Below, piece after piece: positions 1 to 13,812 of a stretch of DNA of 64,000 bases. Made by a program: the position numbers and the translations under genes. The notes beneath the pieces are model-generated. The model searched no databases. It was given only the letters and a program-made list of their open reading frames with translations, and was not told the origin of the DNA. Numbering within the stretch: position 1 is the first letter of the stretch; every line of letters starts with the position of its first letter. Source of the DNA: Paraspadella gotoi (Eukaryota > Animalia > Chaetognatha); contig CM119268.1 of assembly GCA_051294375.1 (NCBI GenBank), forward strand, positions 306,415-370,414, written 5' to 3'.

Positions 1-1345
1 CTCTTCACCTGCCTTCCTCCCTCTTTCCTTTCTTCTCCTTCTTCCCTTCCCTTTTTTTTCTCCTGTCTCCTTCCTTCTTCCCTCTTTTTTTCTCTCTCCT
101 TCCCACTTCCTTCTTTTCTTTCCCCTCCCTTTTCCTCCCCTTCCCTCTTCTCCTCCTTTCCTCCCCCTCTCCTATTATTCCTTTCTCTTCCTTTCCTCCC
201 CCTCCCTTTTTTTCATCTTCCTCCCTTCCCCTTGGTCTCCCTCTTTTCATCTCCTCTCCCCTCTCCCTTTTCATCTCCTCCTCTTCCCACTTCCCTCTTC
301 TCATCTCCCTCCTTCTCCCCTTTCCCCTCTTCTTCATTCCCTCCTTCCTCCCCCTTCCCTTCCTCCTCTTTCATTCTCCCTCCTTCCTCCCCTTCCCCTT
401 CTTCTCCATCTCCTCGCCTTCCTCCCCTTCTTTGTTCTCTGTCTTTTCTCTTCCTCCTCCTTCCCCTTTTCTCTCCCACCCCTTCTCTGTGATGATTCGG
501 TTCAGCGTTTAATCTCGCCTTCAGCGCAGACCGCGTCTTTTGTTTCGTGGCACGCCGGGGCAAAGAGGAGGAAGGAAAGGAGGGGAAAGTGGGAGAGAGT
601 AGGAGGATGAGAAAGATGAGGAAGGAGAAGAGGAAAAAAAGAGGAGAAGAGAATGGGAGGAAGGAGGAGGACGAGGTGCTCGAGGAAGAGGAAGAAGAAA
701 AAAAGATAAGGGAGAATGAAAGAAGAAAAAGGGGGAAGAAGAGGAGAGGAAAAGATGAAAAAGGGAAAGGAAAGGAAGTATGAAAGAGAGGATAGAGGAA
801 AAAGCGGAAAAAAGCGGAAGGGGGGAAAGAAAGATTGATTTTTGATTGAATTTATTTATATGCTCAAAATGTGAAAAAATTTACATATATTTGTATGTAC
901 ACATCTTAAGAAAATGTAAATAAATTGAACAAAAAATTACAAAGTGGATGAATGAAGAGGAAATAGGGGAAGAGGAGGAGTTGGAAGAGGATAGGAATAG
1001 AGGGGAAGATAGATGGGAAAGGAGGATAAGGAATAGGAGAAGAGGGAGAAAGTAAAAGGAGGAAGAGAATAGGGGTAAGAGGAGGAAGAGGGCTGGGTAA
1101 GAAGAGGAGGAGGTAAAAGGGGGAGAGGAGGAGAGAGTAAGAAAGAGGAAGAGAAGTAAGGGCATGAAGAGGAATAGGGACAAGAGAAGGGAAGAGAGTA
1201 TTGTGACATAGATTAGCGATAAAAAACCCCATAAACTTAACTTCATTATTTCTTTTTCTTTTTTTTTTTTATATTTACTGAAATTATAGTTAAAAAGAAT
1301 CTTGGAATTATGTTACAGAACACAATTTATTTTTCAAAGAAAACA

Positions 1346-1383
1346 TACATGTTTCGGCTTTTGCTCAACCTAACCTTCTTCAG
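1346..1383 (-). ncRNA. Hammerhead-like motif, same family (degenerate)
   Basis: Reverse complement reads CTGAAGA-A-GGTT..AAGCC-GAAACATGTA followed by AATAAA. Confidence 0.4.
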
Positions 1384-4349
1384 GTCAATTACTAGGTTTA
1401 AATGGGGTAAATAGAGACACAGAAAAACTGAGAAAAATTTTTTATCTTCTCTAATCTTCTCTCTTTCCTTCTTCTGCACATAAATTTTGTCTCTATTTTC
1501 AAATGTTACGCCGATGAAGTCTTGAAAACAAAAGCCGTTAGATGTCCGTTAGTATTAATTAAAAATAATATTACATAAACTTAATTTCAACTTTACTAAA
1601 ATGGTTTTTTCACATTCTTAAAAGCTGCATAGTTCTTAGCTAAAGATAATTGTAGTAAGAAGAGCCAATGATAACAATTCTCAAAATATTTTCTGTAAAA
1701 TTTCCATTTTTTTTTTTATTTTTTTTTTGCCGGTAAATTGTAACTAACATTATTTTTTTTTTATTCTATATCATAAAAGGGAGAAACAAAAAAACTGATG
1801 CTCAGATTTGAGTTTTGTATATGCAAAAATTTCTGATGTTATTCCACTAGTGAGAATAAACCCAATGGTGTGGGTATATATGGTTTCTTTGTATGTGGGT
1901 TTGTATTATCATTAATTGTTTGGAAAAGATTTCAAAAACAACCATGAATAATGTTTATTATCAGTCCAATTGTTTTTCTTATTTAAAATAATTTTTCTTT
2001 TTTTTCTTATCCAAAAAACGAATCCTAGAGAATAGAGGATGGATCAAATTTCAATGCAGAAAAACATTGCCGTCATGAAAACCTCAAATTTCGGTTTTAG
2101 TCAATCTTTAAAAATCCATGACCATTCACAAGAGAGAGAGAGAGAGAGAGAGAGGAGGAGAGGGAGAGAGAGGAGAGAGAGAGGAGAGGAGAGAGGAAAC
2201 AGAAGAGAGAGAGAGAGAGAGAGAGTGCTTAAGAGGGAGTCGGATGAGTTTAACTAATTCATTTTTCCGTCACTCAGTTCAAGTCTACATTTTTTTTTCA
2301 ATGGCGAAATAAGAGCAGAAAAACGAATACGACCACGACGCGATGATTGATGCGATGATGACGATGATGATTGCGATGATGACCATAAGGAGACAGTATA
2401 TCATGGCGAATAGATGACCAGGAAGTGTCACAGGACGACACCGACGACGACGATAAGGCAAACAATTGTCATACGAGAATTAATAGACGATCAATAAATG
2501 AGAAAAACGACAGAACGACCGACGAAAATGCGACGACGACGAAAATGACGACGACGACGACACGGCGGACATCTTTAAGCGTTAAGATGATGATGCATGA
2601 ACGAACAGGCCCAACAAACCATTTCTAGACTTGAAGACGCGAAACTACATAAACAACAATCAAGAATGAACAGAAGCGCGAGGGGCGTAGCTGTGTAGTA
2701 GAGCAATGAAAAGAAAAATACCCTTTTGCCTCGGGTAGACTTCAACAAGGCGTGACATTTAGGACGCGGACCCAGACGACGACGAAGCACGAGCGGTGTG
2801 GATTCGCTTTTTGCAACGCAATTAGGCCGAGTGCTTCAATTATGAAATGTCTGCGAAGAAAAGTGAGAGTTTAAGAGAAAGAAAGAAAAAAGAAGGAAAA
2901 GAAGAAGAAAAAGAAAAAAAAAAAGAAAGAAAAGAAAAAAAAAAAAACAAAAAAAAAAAGAAAAGAAAAGAAAGAAAAGAAAAGAAAAGAAAAGAAAAGA
3001 AAAGAAAAGACGAAAAGAAAAGGGAAGAGGAAAAGAAAAGAGAAGAAGAAATAAAAGGTTAGAAAAGGAAAAAGAAAGAAAAAGAAAAGAAAAGAAAAAA
3101 AAGAAAAAGAAAAAAAGAAAGAAAAAGAAAAAGAAGAAAAAAAAAAATAAAGGAAAGAAAAGAAAAGAAAAGAAAAGAAAAAGAAAAGAAAAAAAAAAAA
3201 AAAGAAAAAGAAAAGAAAGAAAAGAAAAGAAAAAGGAAAAAGAAAAGAAAAGAAAAGAAAAGAGAAGAGAAATAAAAGGTTAAACTTATTTCAAACCTCA
3301 CTTCGTATCAATACTCTTGTAATTCATGATCTCAAATGGGTTTGACAGTCTGTTGAAATATATTTGTCACTGAGGGTCATAAGACTGGGACAAAGAAATT
3401 ACTCACTCTTTTATTCGTATTTTTGCGTAAACAGATGATAACAAAATTGAATTCTGGGCTGTATAAAGTCCCACCAGTATTCTTAACATTTTTTTAAAAT
3501 GAACAAGATATTTAGTAAAAGGCATCGGAAGGGAAGTATAAGTTAAACGATTAGTTAAGCATCGAACCGGCTGGGAAAATCCTAAGTATTAAGGCAGAAC
3601 AGGAACAAACTAACAGTCTTTTAAACGTTAGTGTCTTTTGTTTTTATTGAATTTCAATACATAGTTTAGTTTTCCAGTCTTTTACACTGTTACTGTTTAT
3701 GATTATGTCAATACTGTTTTTGGTAATAATAAAAAAAAACAAAAAAAAACTAACATACGTCTAGTATAAATATGGTTAAAAAATTAAGAATTATCTTTTA
3801 TTTAAACTTATTCTAAACTCATGGAAGCTATTTTATATTATCCAAATATTATATAATGTCAAAAAAATTGTTGGTAAATTTTATTTTTTTTAACGGATTT
3901 TGATATAGCTTAAAAAGTTAGAAGAATGTTATTATTATACCTTTTTGAAATTGTAATTATTTTTTATGAAAATTAATAAAAACTATCAAATTTATTGAAT
4001 GATGATGATTTTTTAAGGTTTTTTCAAATATTAACCCATTTATCATTAAAATTTTTGAAATTTGTAATACTAACCTTTATTTAACTTTTTAATTCATTTT
4101 TAAATATTCAAATTTCTTAAAAAAATTTTAAACACTTCCTTTATATTATTAAATATTAAAATGTTTCTATGCAAGAGGAAAATGAATATAATCAAAATAT
4201 AATATAATAATTTAATTTGGTTATAAATAAATAAATAAATAAAGGACGAAATAATTTTATTGCCGACTGTTTTCATATTGTAAAAAAATGTTAAATTTTG
4301 GCCCCTTACTATATATTGGTTTGAACACGGTAGTCATGCTTAGGGACGT

Positions 4350-4705
4350 ATCAGCTTTAAGATGCAGAAAGAATCAGTTTAAGAATGCAGAAAGAATCAG
4401 TTTAAGATGCGCGAAAGAATCAGTTTACAGATGCAGAAAAGAATCAGCTTAAGATGCAGAAAGAATCAGTTTTAAGATGCAGAAAGAATCAGCTTAAGAT
4501 GAAGAAAGAATCAGTTTAAAATGCAGAAAGAATTCAGGCTATAAGATGCAGAAAGAATTAGTTTAAGATTACGAAAGAAATCAGTTAAGATACAGAAAGA
4601 TCAGCTAAGATCAGAAAGAATTCAGCGTTAAAATGCCAGAAAGAATCAGCTTAAGATTCAGAAAAATCAGTTTAAGATGCAGAAAGAATCAGTTTAAGAT
4701 ACAGG
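4350..4705. repeat. Minisatellite, 22-bp unit AAGAATCAGTTTAAGATGCAGA, ~16 copies
   Basis: Direct tandem repeats with no unique spacers. Confidence 0.9.
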
Positions 4706-7020
4706 AAAATTTGATATCGGGATTCATTTTTGAGATGACAACTGTTGAGAGAGAGGTATCTTTGGATGAGATAGATTTAGATGAGGCTCAGTTTTGATGG
4801 AGATAGCATCGATAGGAAGTATCATTGGAGATGGAGATCGCATTCAGCTTGAGATGGAATGAGATGGCATTAGTTTGAGATGTAGATGGTCATCAGTTGA
4901 GATGGAGATGCGGCTGCGGGTGGCGAAGCGACAGCGGTAGCGTGGCCGGCGACAGCGTAGCGGTGGCGCGGCGCGGTGGCGTCGGGCGGCTCGGGTAGTC
5001 GTTGCATGCGAAGTAAACGAATGTCCCGAAGGCGACTCAGTCAAATGGGCCGAAGGGAGAACGAGGACGGAGAATTATTGGCCGAGGGATAGGGAAATGT
5101 ATAGAGTAACAGGTTAGAATTGAGTTAAGAGTTAGAGTTAGAGTAGATAGAAGAGTAAGGGTTAGGAGTGTAGGTTAGGTATGGGGTTAACGGAGAAAGA
5201 CATAGATTTAAGTTGAGGCAAGACTTGTTCAGCTGCCATCGAAAGAGGGATAAATGTTTTTGTTTTTTTCAAAGTTAATAAAACTTAATAAATATTAAAT
5301 TGAGTGCATATTGTAGACACTTTTGGCCGAATAGTGTACTATCTATCCAAGTGTAGTTGTTAGTTGCCACCGAATAAGATATGACGATTGAAGATAATTA
5401 TCAGGAGTGTCCGAATCGCAGGGAAAGCATATTCGTCGGATTCGAATTCATTTGTTTTCAATGTGATTCATGAATAACATGTTTGGTATTCCATTAAAAG
5501 TTTTTCTCTACTTGATTAATGTTATCTTTTACATTAAGAGAAGGTAAGTAAAAACATGAAGAACGCAGTGCGCTGCGCCAATACATATAAAATCGCTTTC
5601 AAGGGCTTAAGGCTTGAACTGTTACTGTGCCGGGTACTAATATTTTTTTTCAACTTGCAATCATTTAGGACAAAACCCTTTAAGGTAAGGAGGATTAAAG
5701 AAGAAAAAGTAGTAATGAATCTTAAATAGAATATTCTTGCAATAGCATAGTTCATTAGTCAGTGTTGTGCGGGGTGAAATTATTGAAGGATTCGAATCTC
5801 CCAACAGTTCTGTCGAAAGTTACAGCTGAAAAAAAATAAACGCAACTCACAACAGAACCACCAGGGCTCAAACCTGAGCAGTTAGTTTAGTATGAGGTAC
5901 ATATCTATATGTTTTATATTCTATGTATATGAAAAAGTTATGAATACAATTTTTTTAGATGAGCATTATTTTACAATTTTATAAAAGATACATTTTAAAA
6001 TACATAAAAAATATACTGGAATATATGTTTGCTAATTGAAGATGCCCTGTAACTGTATTACTGATCAGATCCTGAGGCTCTATCTGGTAACATGTGATGG
6101 GGTAATGCAGCTTTTAACATTTCAAAGCTTCTTAAGATAGCTGGTAAGATATTTCTAATAATTCAGAAGGTAAAAAGTAAGAGTTCTGTAATATAAATAA
6201 CGTTAGAGCATCCTTGTGGGATAATAAAATTTTTTAAAAAATTAATATTTTAGGTATAGTTAATATATTAACATGAAAGCATTTAAAGTTTTACTATAAA
6301 TCATAAAATTTATTTTTTGTAAATTCAGAATTTTTAAAAACGGATTCGACAAGAGCTTGAAAAAATGAATAAAAAATATTATTACAAGATTTTTAAATTT
6401 TATGTTTTATTAGTTAAAAATAGCAAAAACTATAAAAATTATGGTCTGATGATGATGATGATGATTTTAAAAGGTTTTTCCCTTATTTGACCCACTTATC
6501 ATCAAAATATTGAAAAACGCAACAAGAAAATAATAAAAAAGGTAATTTTGCATATTTATCATATTTTGTAAAAATATAAAAAAAATTATTTTTAAAAATA
6601 TTTCCGATAAAAAACTGAAGATCTAGTGGGTGCAGAAAAAAAATTTTGAATGTTCCTTTGTCTTACAAAAGGCCTCCTGTTTTGTAACGCCCACTAGTAG
6701 AATAGGGTGAAAATACAAAGAAGATTTAATAGGATTGTTCTTTTGTTTCAGAAAAGATATACTAAAACTAAATTTCATTGCTATTTTGTTTTAAAAACGC
6801 TCTTTTGTTTGTGAAGCCATCTGGTTTATTAAGACCAAAACAGGCAAAAATTTGCTATTTTGTATAAAGCGATGCAAGTGACGATATAGTGGGTGCAGAC
6901 AGAAGAGCAAATTTCTATAGAAAGTATAGAAAGTAAAGGGAAAATGCTCATAGTAGAAAACGTAAAAGACAAATCCTTGTATTAGGTAGCAAAAGTTACA
7001 AAGACGGAAATCCTAAATTT

Positions 7021-7245
7021 GCCTTCCGTATAGCTCGGTGAAACTCTGCTCGTCTTACTGGCTTGGACAGCTAAGTACTCGTTCACCACCCGTGAGTTCC
7101 GGGTTCAATCCCCTCACGGTCACGCTGGTTAAAATGTGATGGTGTCGCAATAAACATGCACTGACATGGGGTGGTGACAGATCGCCAGCTGTCGGGAGAT
7201 GCCTCACACCCAGGCATCACACATGTCCCCCTTTTGCCAAAAAAG
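7021..7245 (+). mobile_element. tRNA-derived SINE-like or structured Pol III element
   Basis: A-box-like TAGCTCGGTG/TGGCTTGG, B-box GGTTCAATCCC, several hairpins, and a TTTT/A-rich end. Confidence 0.5.
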
Positions 7246-8843
7246 CATATTTATTCAGTTCGAGGATAAAAATCAGTCTGAAGCATTTCAGTTACCAATC
7301 AATAAGGAAAGCGATCAGTGAACTAATTAAATCGAGGGCGAACTTTATCGCAGAACGATTACAATTGGATTCGATAAAAAAAAGTTTTGAGTTTGATTTT
7401 GATTTTGTAGTTTCCATCTGCTGTCCGTCTGGTTGGCTGAGTTCTGAGGACCAGGCGTCCCAGATCCTCCCAGATCCTCAGGCCCGGTTCAATTCCTCAA
7501 TTAAGTGAAAAAAGTCATGCTAAGGCTCATTTAAATCAGTCATTTTAATTTGTTAAATGAGATAATGTTTTTCTGTAGGTAAGAATAATTTTATAAATCT
7601 GTTTAAATCAGTGAATGTGAAACTTTTCTATTTAAATCTTTTTGATTATTGATAAAGAGTTTTGATCACAGGCGAGAATAATCCTTTATCATCAGAAAGA
7701 AAGAGACTTCATCACTAGTGATAGATCGTTTGACAAATGATAAAAATCTTGAGGAGGCGGAGGTCGTAAAAGTAGAAGGGGAGAGAGAAAGAGAGACAGT
7801 ATCGAGTACGTCTAATGGGTCCTTTTGTCTATTAATGCTGAGGGGTCATTAATAAAACACAGAATGTTAATAGTACGCAAGTATTAGGCAGGACTGTCCC
7901 TTTTTTCTAACGAATCCCTTGATCATTGGCAATAAACAAATACATTATTCAATGTAGTTAAAATTTGTAGTTTTCTACTGTTTATGCGACCGCGTTAAAC
8001 TCCAGAACTGGCCGATTGGCCGCGTTCAGAGCAGAGGGCCTGTTGGCTGTGTCCAGGGCGGAGGACCTGATGGCGACGTCCTCTCCCCGGAAGATTCACG
8101 GTGTGGCTGGTTCCCACTGAAGTTCCACTAACTCCAGGGTCGGGTCCTGCGGAAATTTCCATCCCAACCTCCGGTCTTTGTTTCTGCGATAGTACATTAA
8201 CGCATGTTTCTGAAACATTCATTGAGCGCCACCCAAAACGACGGCTTCAGGAGGAGGGAGAGGAGTCCACTACTCCTGTTGCAAAAGCGGCAAGAATGGA
8301 CACCCACCCATCCCGCCAGAAGGTAAAAAGAGAGAGGCCGGAAAGCGTATCAGGCCAAAAAGACATTCGAGTTGCACTGCGAATCTTCCCTCAAAGAATC
8401 CTACCCAATCCAGCACTAACATGCTCGGTCGAACAGCCTTCTCAACCAATGACACGTCAATGACCCAGCCTTCGAAAAAGCCAAGGGGGGCCAGCTCAAT
8501 TTGAGCTCTTCCTTAATTCTTAACTTTTTACTTTTCTAATTACTTTGCTATCCCTCACCAAATGTATCTCTTTAACTTTCTATTTTCATTATTTTCTTTT
8601 TTTTTTCAATTATTTATTAATGGTTATTTATTATTATCTATAAAATAGTATAAAATATTTTCAACTGTTTTACATTAAGAAATGTATTATTTTCTCTCTC
8701 TCTCTCTCTCTCTCTCTCTTCATCTCTTCCCAATTGACCATTTCACTTCTTTTCAAAAACTAAATTCAATCTGTCCTTACCCCTGGCCTATTCTCCCCAC
8801 TGATCACTGTCCTTTCTAAACTGTGTGTTGGAAACTTTGCTCG

Positions 8844-8874
<31 letters not shown>

Positions 8875-8939
8875 CCTCTCTCTCTCTCCCTCCCCTTCTT
8901 TAAATGACAAAAAATTGTGAGTAATTCACTAAACATTGT

Positions 8940-8981
8940 GGCGCTGATGAAGGCTTGAATTTGAGCCGAAACATGTTCGTC
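8940..8981 (+). ncRNA. Minimal type-I hammerhead ribozyme motif (Penelope-like element type)
   Basis: GGCG-CTGATGA-A-GGCTT(gaattt)GAGCC-GAA-ACATGT-T-CGTC. Stems I and II pair, stem III is palindromic, and AATAAA follows. Confidence 0.6.
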
Positions 8982-9035
8982 TATCAATAAAAAAATTCTT
9001 GTTGCAAATATATTCAAACTATTCCTTTAATCTAC

Positions 9036-9966
9036 AAACAAGTTTGAGCAAACAATTTCGGATCTGCCTACGATAATTAAGCGGTAATCAGCTAATAAGA
9101 TGATAAATGACGATATTTCTTTCAATTTGTGATCATAACAGATCATACCATACCAAATCAATGGCTGCTCAAATACGTATAAATCGCTTGCAATGGATTA
9201 AACTGAACTGTTACTATGGGACAAAAAAATAATTTTTTTTAACTTATGATTTTTCAACTTTTTTTTAACTCGCACCATTTTTCCACTTGCATAATTTTTT
9301 TTAACTTGCATCATTTTTTAAATGTGAACATTTTTTCAACTGGCATAATTTTTTCAACTTACATCATTTTTTCAACTTGAATCATTTTTTTCAATTTAAC
9401 TAATTAATCAATTAATTAACTAATTAAAACATTTATGAGTAAGCAAAAATAATAAAATTTTAAGTCAACTTGAATTTGGTTTTTTTCATGCAAACTCATT
9501 TCCACTCCTCGATTCCATCTAAACTTTATATTATGCTCAATCACACACTTTCCTACCAACACACAAATTTTCATTTCATTCTATCCATCCAACTATGATT
9601 AATTTGAGTAGGTATGGGTTAAAGATAGTAAAAATATTCAAGAAAATGTGACTTATATTTTTTCCCTTTAAACTAATTTCCACTTGCACGATTTCATCGA
9701 AACTTTATATTCAGGTTTGTCACACCCTTTCCCACCCACACACAAAATTTCATCACAATGTATTCATCCAATTATTATTTATTAGTGTAATTATGTGTTT
9801 TTTTCTAAGGGGGGACGGACGGATTGACGGACGGACGGACGGACGGACATAATCATTCTTTTTGTATAATTTATCATAATTTGATGTCCTGACATGATTT
9901 AAGTTAATGCCCGACAAGATTAAGTGAATTATAGAGTCGGAATCTGCTTATGAGCAGATCCGACTA
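9036..9966 (-). mobile_element. DINE-1/HINE-like non-autonomous Helentron element (full-length)
   Basis: SubTIR GTCGGATCTGC with a nearby inverted copy at the 5' end, (GTCC)n microsatellite, internal tandem blocks, 3' subTIR plus GTTTG-CT-CAAAC stem-loop, T-rich flanks. Confidence 0.7.
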
Positions 9967-10133
9967 AGAAGAAATGATTTGCACATATTTTAAATTCAAA
10001 GTTCTCATCATAATGATTTTGGCTTCTACTGAACAGAGTTGTGATGGACTTTCCCCGTGACAGTGTGAAATGAAAACAATAAATTAGAAAGAGAGAGAGA
10101 AAGAGTGAGACAGAGTGAGAGAGAGAAAGAGAA

Positions 10134-10184
<51 letters not shown>

Positions 10185-11255
10185 GAGAGAGAGAATAAAA
10201 GAAAGAGAAAGTAAAAAAGAAAGAGCGAAACATAGAGAGAGAACATCTTTGTCACTTCAACACATTGTAAATCCCAAGTCTTTGTCCCCAGCGAAGCGAT
10301 TAATTTGAATTGTATCAAGTACAATTACTGAAATGAGGTCTCACATCACAAAACCCATTGCGAAATAAAATGGAGAAACTCTCTCTCACTGTCTCTCTCT
10401 CTCTCACTCTCTCTCTCTCTTTCTCTCTCTCTCTTTGAGAAGAACTCCGAGACAAAAGAATAAAAAAAGAAAATAAAATACAAAAAAAATGGATGAAAAA
10501 AATTTTTATTTCGGTTGAATAATTTAAGTTGAATTGAAATTGAAATAAAGAATAAAATGTAGTTAAACATAAAAACATGGAATGAGAAATTAAAAATGTA
10601 AGTAATAGACAATACTCAGTACAAAGGGAAAAAAGGTGAAAAGTTATTTTAAAAAAATTAAAAACAATGTTAAAAAGTAAAGAATCATAATAAAAAAAAT
10701 AAGAATAAAAAAATTAGCGAGAATGAAGAAATATTATTAATTACTGAAAAAATAGGAAAGAAGAATGAAAAATGAAGAAATATAATGAAGAAAGAAGAAT
10801 GAAGAAATAAGAAATAAGAAAGAATAATGAAGAAATAAAATGAAGAATGAATATTGAAGAAATAGGAAAGAAGAAAAAAGAATATAGAAATAGAATTAAG
10901 AATGAAGAATGAAGAAATAAAATTGAAGAATAAAGAATAAAGAAAATAAGAACCAAAAAATGTCCAAATTAAAAATAAATTGTTGTTAAAAGAAAATTTA
11001 AAAATTCCCTATTTTGTAAAGATATAGGACTGAAGAATAAAAAAAAAGGAATGAAAAATAAAGAATAAAGAAATAAGAATAAAGAATAAAAAATAAAGAA
11101 AAAGGAATGAAGAATGAATAATGAAGAAACAGAATGAGGAATGAATAATTAACAAACAGAATGAAGAATGAATAATGAAGAAAGATACTGTAGTCAGGGA
11201 AATCACTAAAGATATTCAAAGATTATCTGCCGAGGGACTCTTGATCCCTGGAGTC

Positions 11256-11313
<58 letters not shown>

Positions 11314-12817
11314 GATTGATTATGCAGAGTTGAGCTAAAATTAAATTATTTTATAAACTGTTAAAAGTGAAATATTACAAATTGTAAAATTGCAAATTAC
11401 AAACAGTGAAATGTATAGTCTAAAAAAATTCATGTAAATTACATCAAATAAAAGTAGGATTAACGACGACGACGACTTTAACAAGTAACGACCCACTCCC
11501 GCCCCCCCCTCCGCCTCCCCTCCTCAACTCGATACAAATGTGAAGACATTTGGCTTCATTTTTCTTCATTTTTCTCTGATTCGTCGTCGTCGTCGTCGTC
11601 GTCGTCATCGTTTTCGTCGTCGTCGTCAATGAGCGAATCAGAAGAGCAGGCGGCGGCGTGCCGCGGCGGTTGCGGCGGCCGCGGCGGTTGCGGCGGCCGC
11701 GGCGGCGGACGCCCACTTGGGAGAAAAATAAGGAATTTCGATTTATCTTTTTTTAATCTCATTCATTTTAATATTGATCGATTATAATTATACACGGTAG
11801 AGCAGAGAGGATGTGAAATAAATAAAAAATTGCCATATCTGAAACCTATAAAATTTTTTTGTATACCTATAAGACTCTAAATGTGGTAGGACTGCAAAAT
11901 CAGATCAAGCAGAAATTTAAAAGCTAATTTAAGTTTTTTTAATTTTTTTCTAAGAATGATTTAGTAGTTTTAATAAATAAGCTTACAATTTGAATATATA
12001 TATGTTTATCATTATCTACAAAACATAAGCTTTAATTTGAGACCTATCCCAGCTTTTTACAATTTTTGAATTATTATTAAAAATAAGAATACAAACATGT
12101 TATCAAAATGTATTTCTACTTTTTAGACCTTGTAATATTTTTTTTAATTAATAATAAATAAATTATTTTTTTTAATTATATTTTTTAAAATTATTAATAT
12201 ATACTTTTTTTAGGTGTCAAAAGTTAATTAATTATATTTGTTAATTTTATTAAGCATTTGTCCATTTATAATATATATTTATATTATATTTATATTATAT
12301 TTATATTTATCGAAAATAAAATATTAATAACAGAACATTACTGTTGCGTCACTTGGTGAAGTCAAAATTTTCTTTGGCTTTCACCTTTATTGAGCAATGC
12401 CTCCACGCATCAAAAGAAAAGAAAGAATTTTTTTTTTGGAAACTCGACTCAAATTTGATTTTATCAAAATCGAAAAGAAGAAAGAAAAACTAAACTTAAA
12501 ACTTTGAATTTAAAATCGACCCTCACAAAATTTTCCGTAAAAAAGGTAGTTATTTAAAAAAGAATTGTCGTCTCATTACTATCTCTGAGTAATATCTTAC
12601 GTATTTTTTTACCCTAATACTAGAAATAAAGGTTAGAATATTTCCATTACAGTTGTATTAATTAAGGTAAAACAAAATCAAAGAAACCGAGAGAACGTTA
12701 CATTTCAATACTCGGCCAGAGTACGACTCATTCTGATCGATCGAGAACCAAGGTGCAATTTTGTTTGCATTTCATTAAAGACCGAAAAACAGTCATTCTA
12801 AAAATACTGGGCCGAGA

Positions 12818-13338
12818 TTTTTAGTCGGATCTGCTTATCAGCAGATCCCGACNNNNNNNNNNNNNNNNNNNNNNNNNNNNNNNNNNNNNNNNNNNNNNNN
12901 NNNNNNNNNNNNNNNNNNNNNNNNNNNNNNNNNNNNNNNNNNNNNNNNNNNNNNNNNNNNNNNNNNNNNNNNNNNNNNNNNNNNNNNNNNNNNNNNNNNN
13001 NNNNNNNNAGAAGCCATATATGAAATTTCAACTCCCTTTGATATCACACTTTCAGAAGCCATGATTGCAAAAAAGCGTGACCGAAAGCTAAACCGAATCA
13101 AAATCGATAATAGAGGATATTTGTTTGTTTTGATAAAATGTAAACAAAACATTTAATAACTGTCCTGACTCAATTTTAAGGACATCGATGAGGACAAGCT
13201 GAATATAAATTATAATTAATTATTAAAATTAATTAATTAATAAATTAATCATAATTAATTAATTAATTATTAATTAATTAATCTATTAATTAATTATTAT
13301 CGTAGGCAGATCCGACATTGTTTGCTCAAACTTGTTTT
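12818..13338 (+). mobile_element. HINE-like element spanning an N-gap
   Basis: 5' GTCGGATCTGCTTATCAGCAGATCCCGAC and 3' GCAGATCCGACATTGTTTGCTCAAACTTGTTTT ends. Confidence 0.65.
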
Positions 13339-13812
13339 GGCTTGCACCAGAGTATTGAGACAAAATCAAAGCTAAACATTTATAAGATTAAAATGTCAAA
13401 TTTCCTTTTAATTTTACTGATTTTTAAAATTGTTAACTTTCCTTTTCTCTTTTTTTATTTGTTTAATTTTAGTTAGACTAAATATTAGATTCATGTATAT
13501 TAGAGTGGAGCACTTGGGAACATAAATTTGAGTTCACTGAACAAACAAGGATATTTATACGTGAGATTGTATGATTAAGGAGTACAAAAATATTTTGCTT
13601 GTATTGTAGGGGGAAAAGTATCATTAACTTCTATATATTTATAGAAATATCCTCATAAAAAAATAATTTTTTAAGTAATTTTTCTGGTTCTTTATAAAAA
13701 GTTAGACCAAAAATATAAAATATGTTATTAAAAGTTTCAATGTCTGCAGCATCAAAAATTGAAAAAAAGGTCAAAATTCTTTACTTTTTCGCGCTCTTTA
13801 GTAGAAAGTATT

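Noticed and set aside
1-3301. Many K/R/E-rich or S/L/F-rich ORFs in the ORF track (also 41300-64000)
   Set aside because: They are translations of purine/pyrimidine tracts and (AG)n, (GAC)n or (AAAAG)n microsatellites, open in several frames at once.
4350-4705. CRISPR-like periodic repeat
   Set aside because: Head-to-tail 22-bp units with no unique spacers, no cas genes, and a eukaryotic context.
8101-8463. 120-aa ORF in a GC-richer patch
   Set aside because: No ATG start, no recognisable motif and no convincing splice sites; left unannotated.
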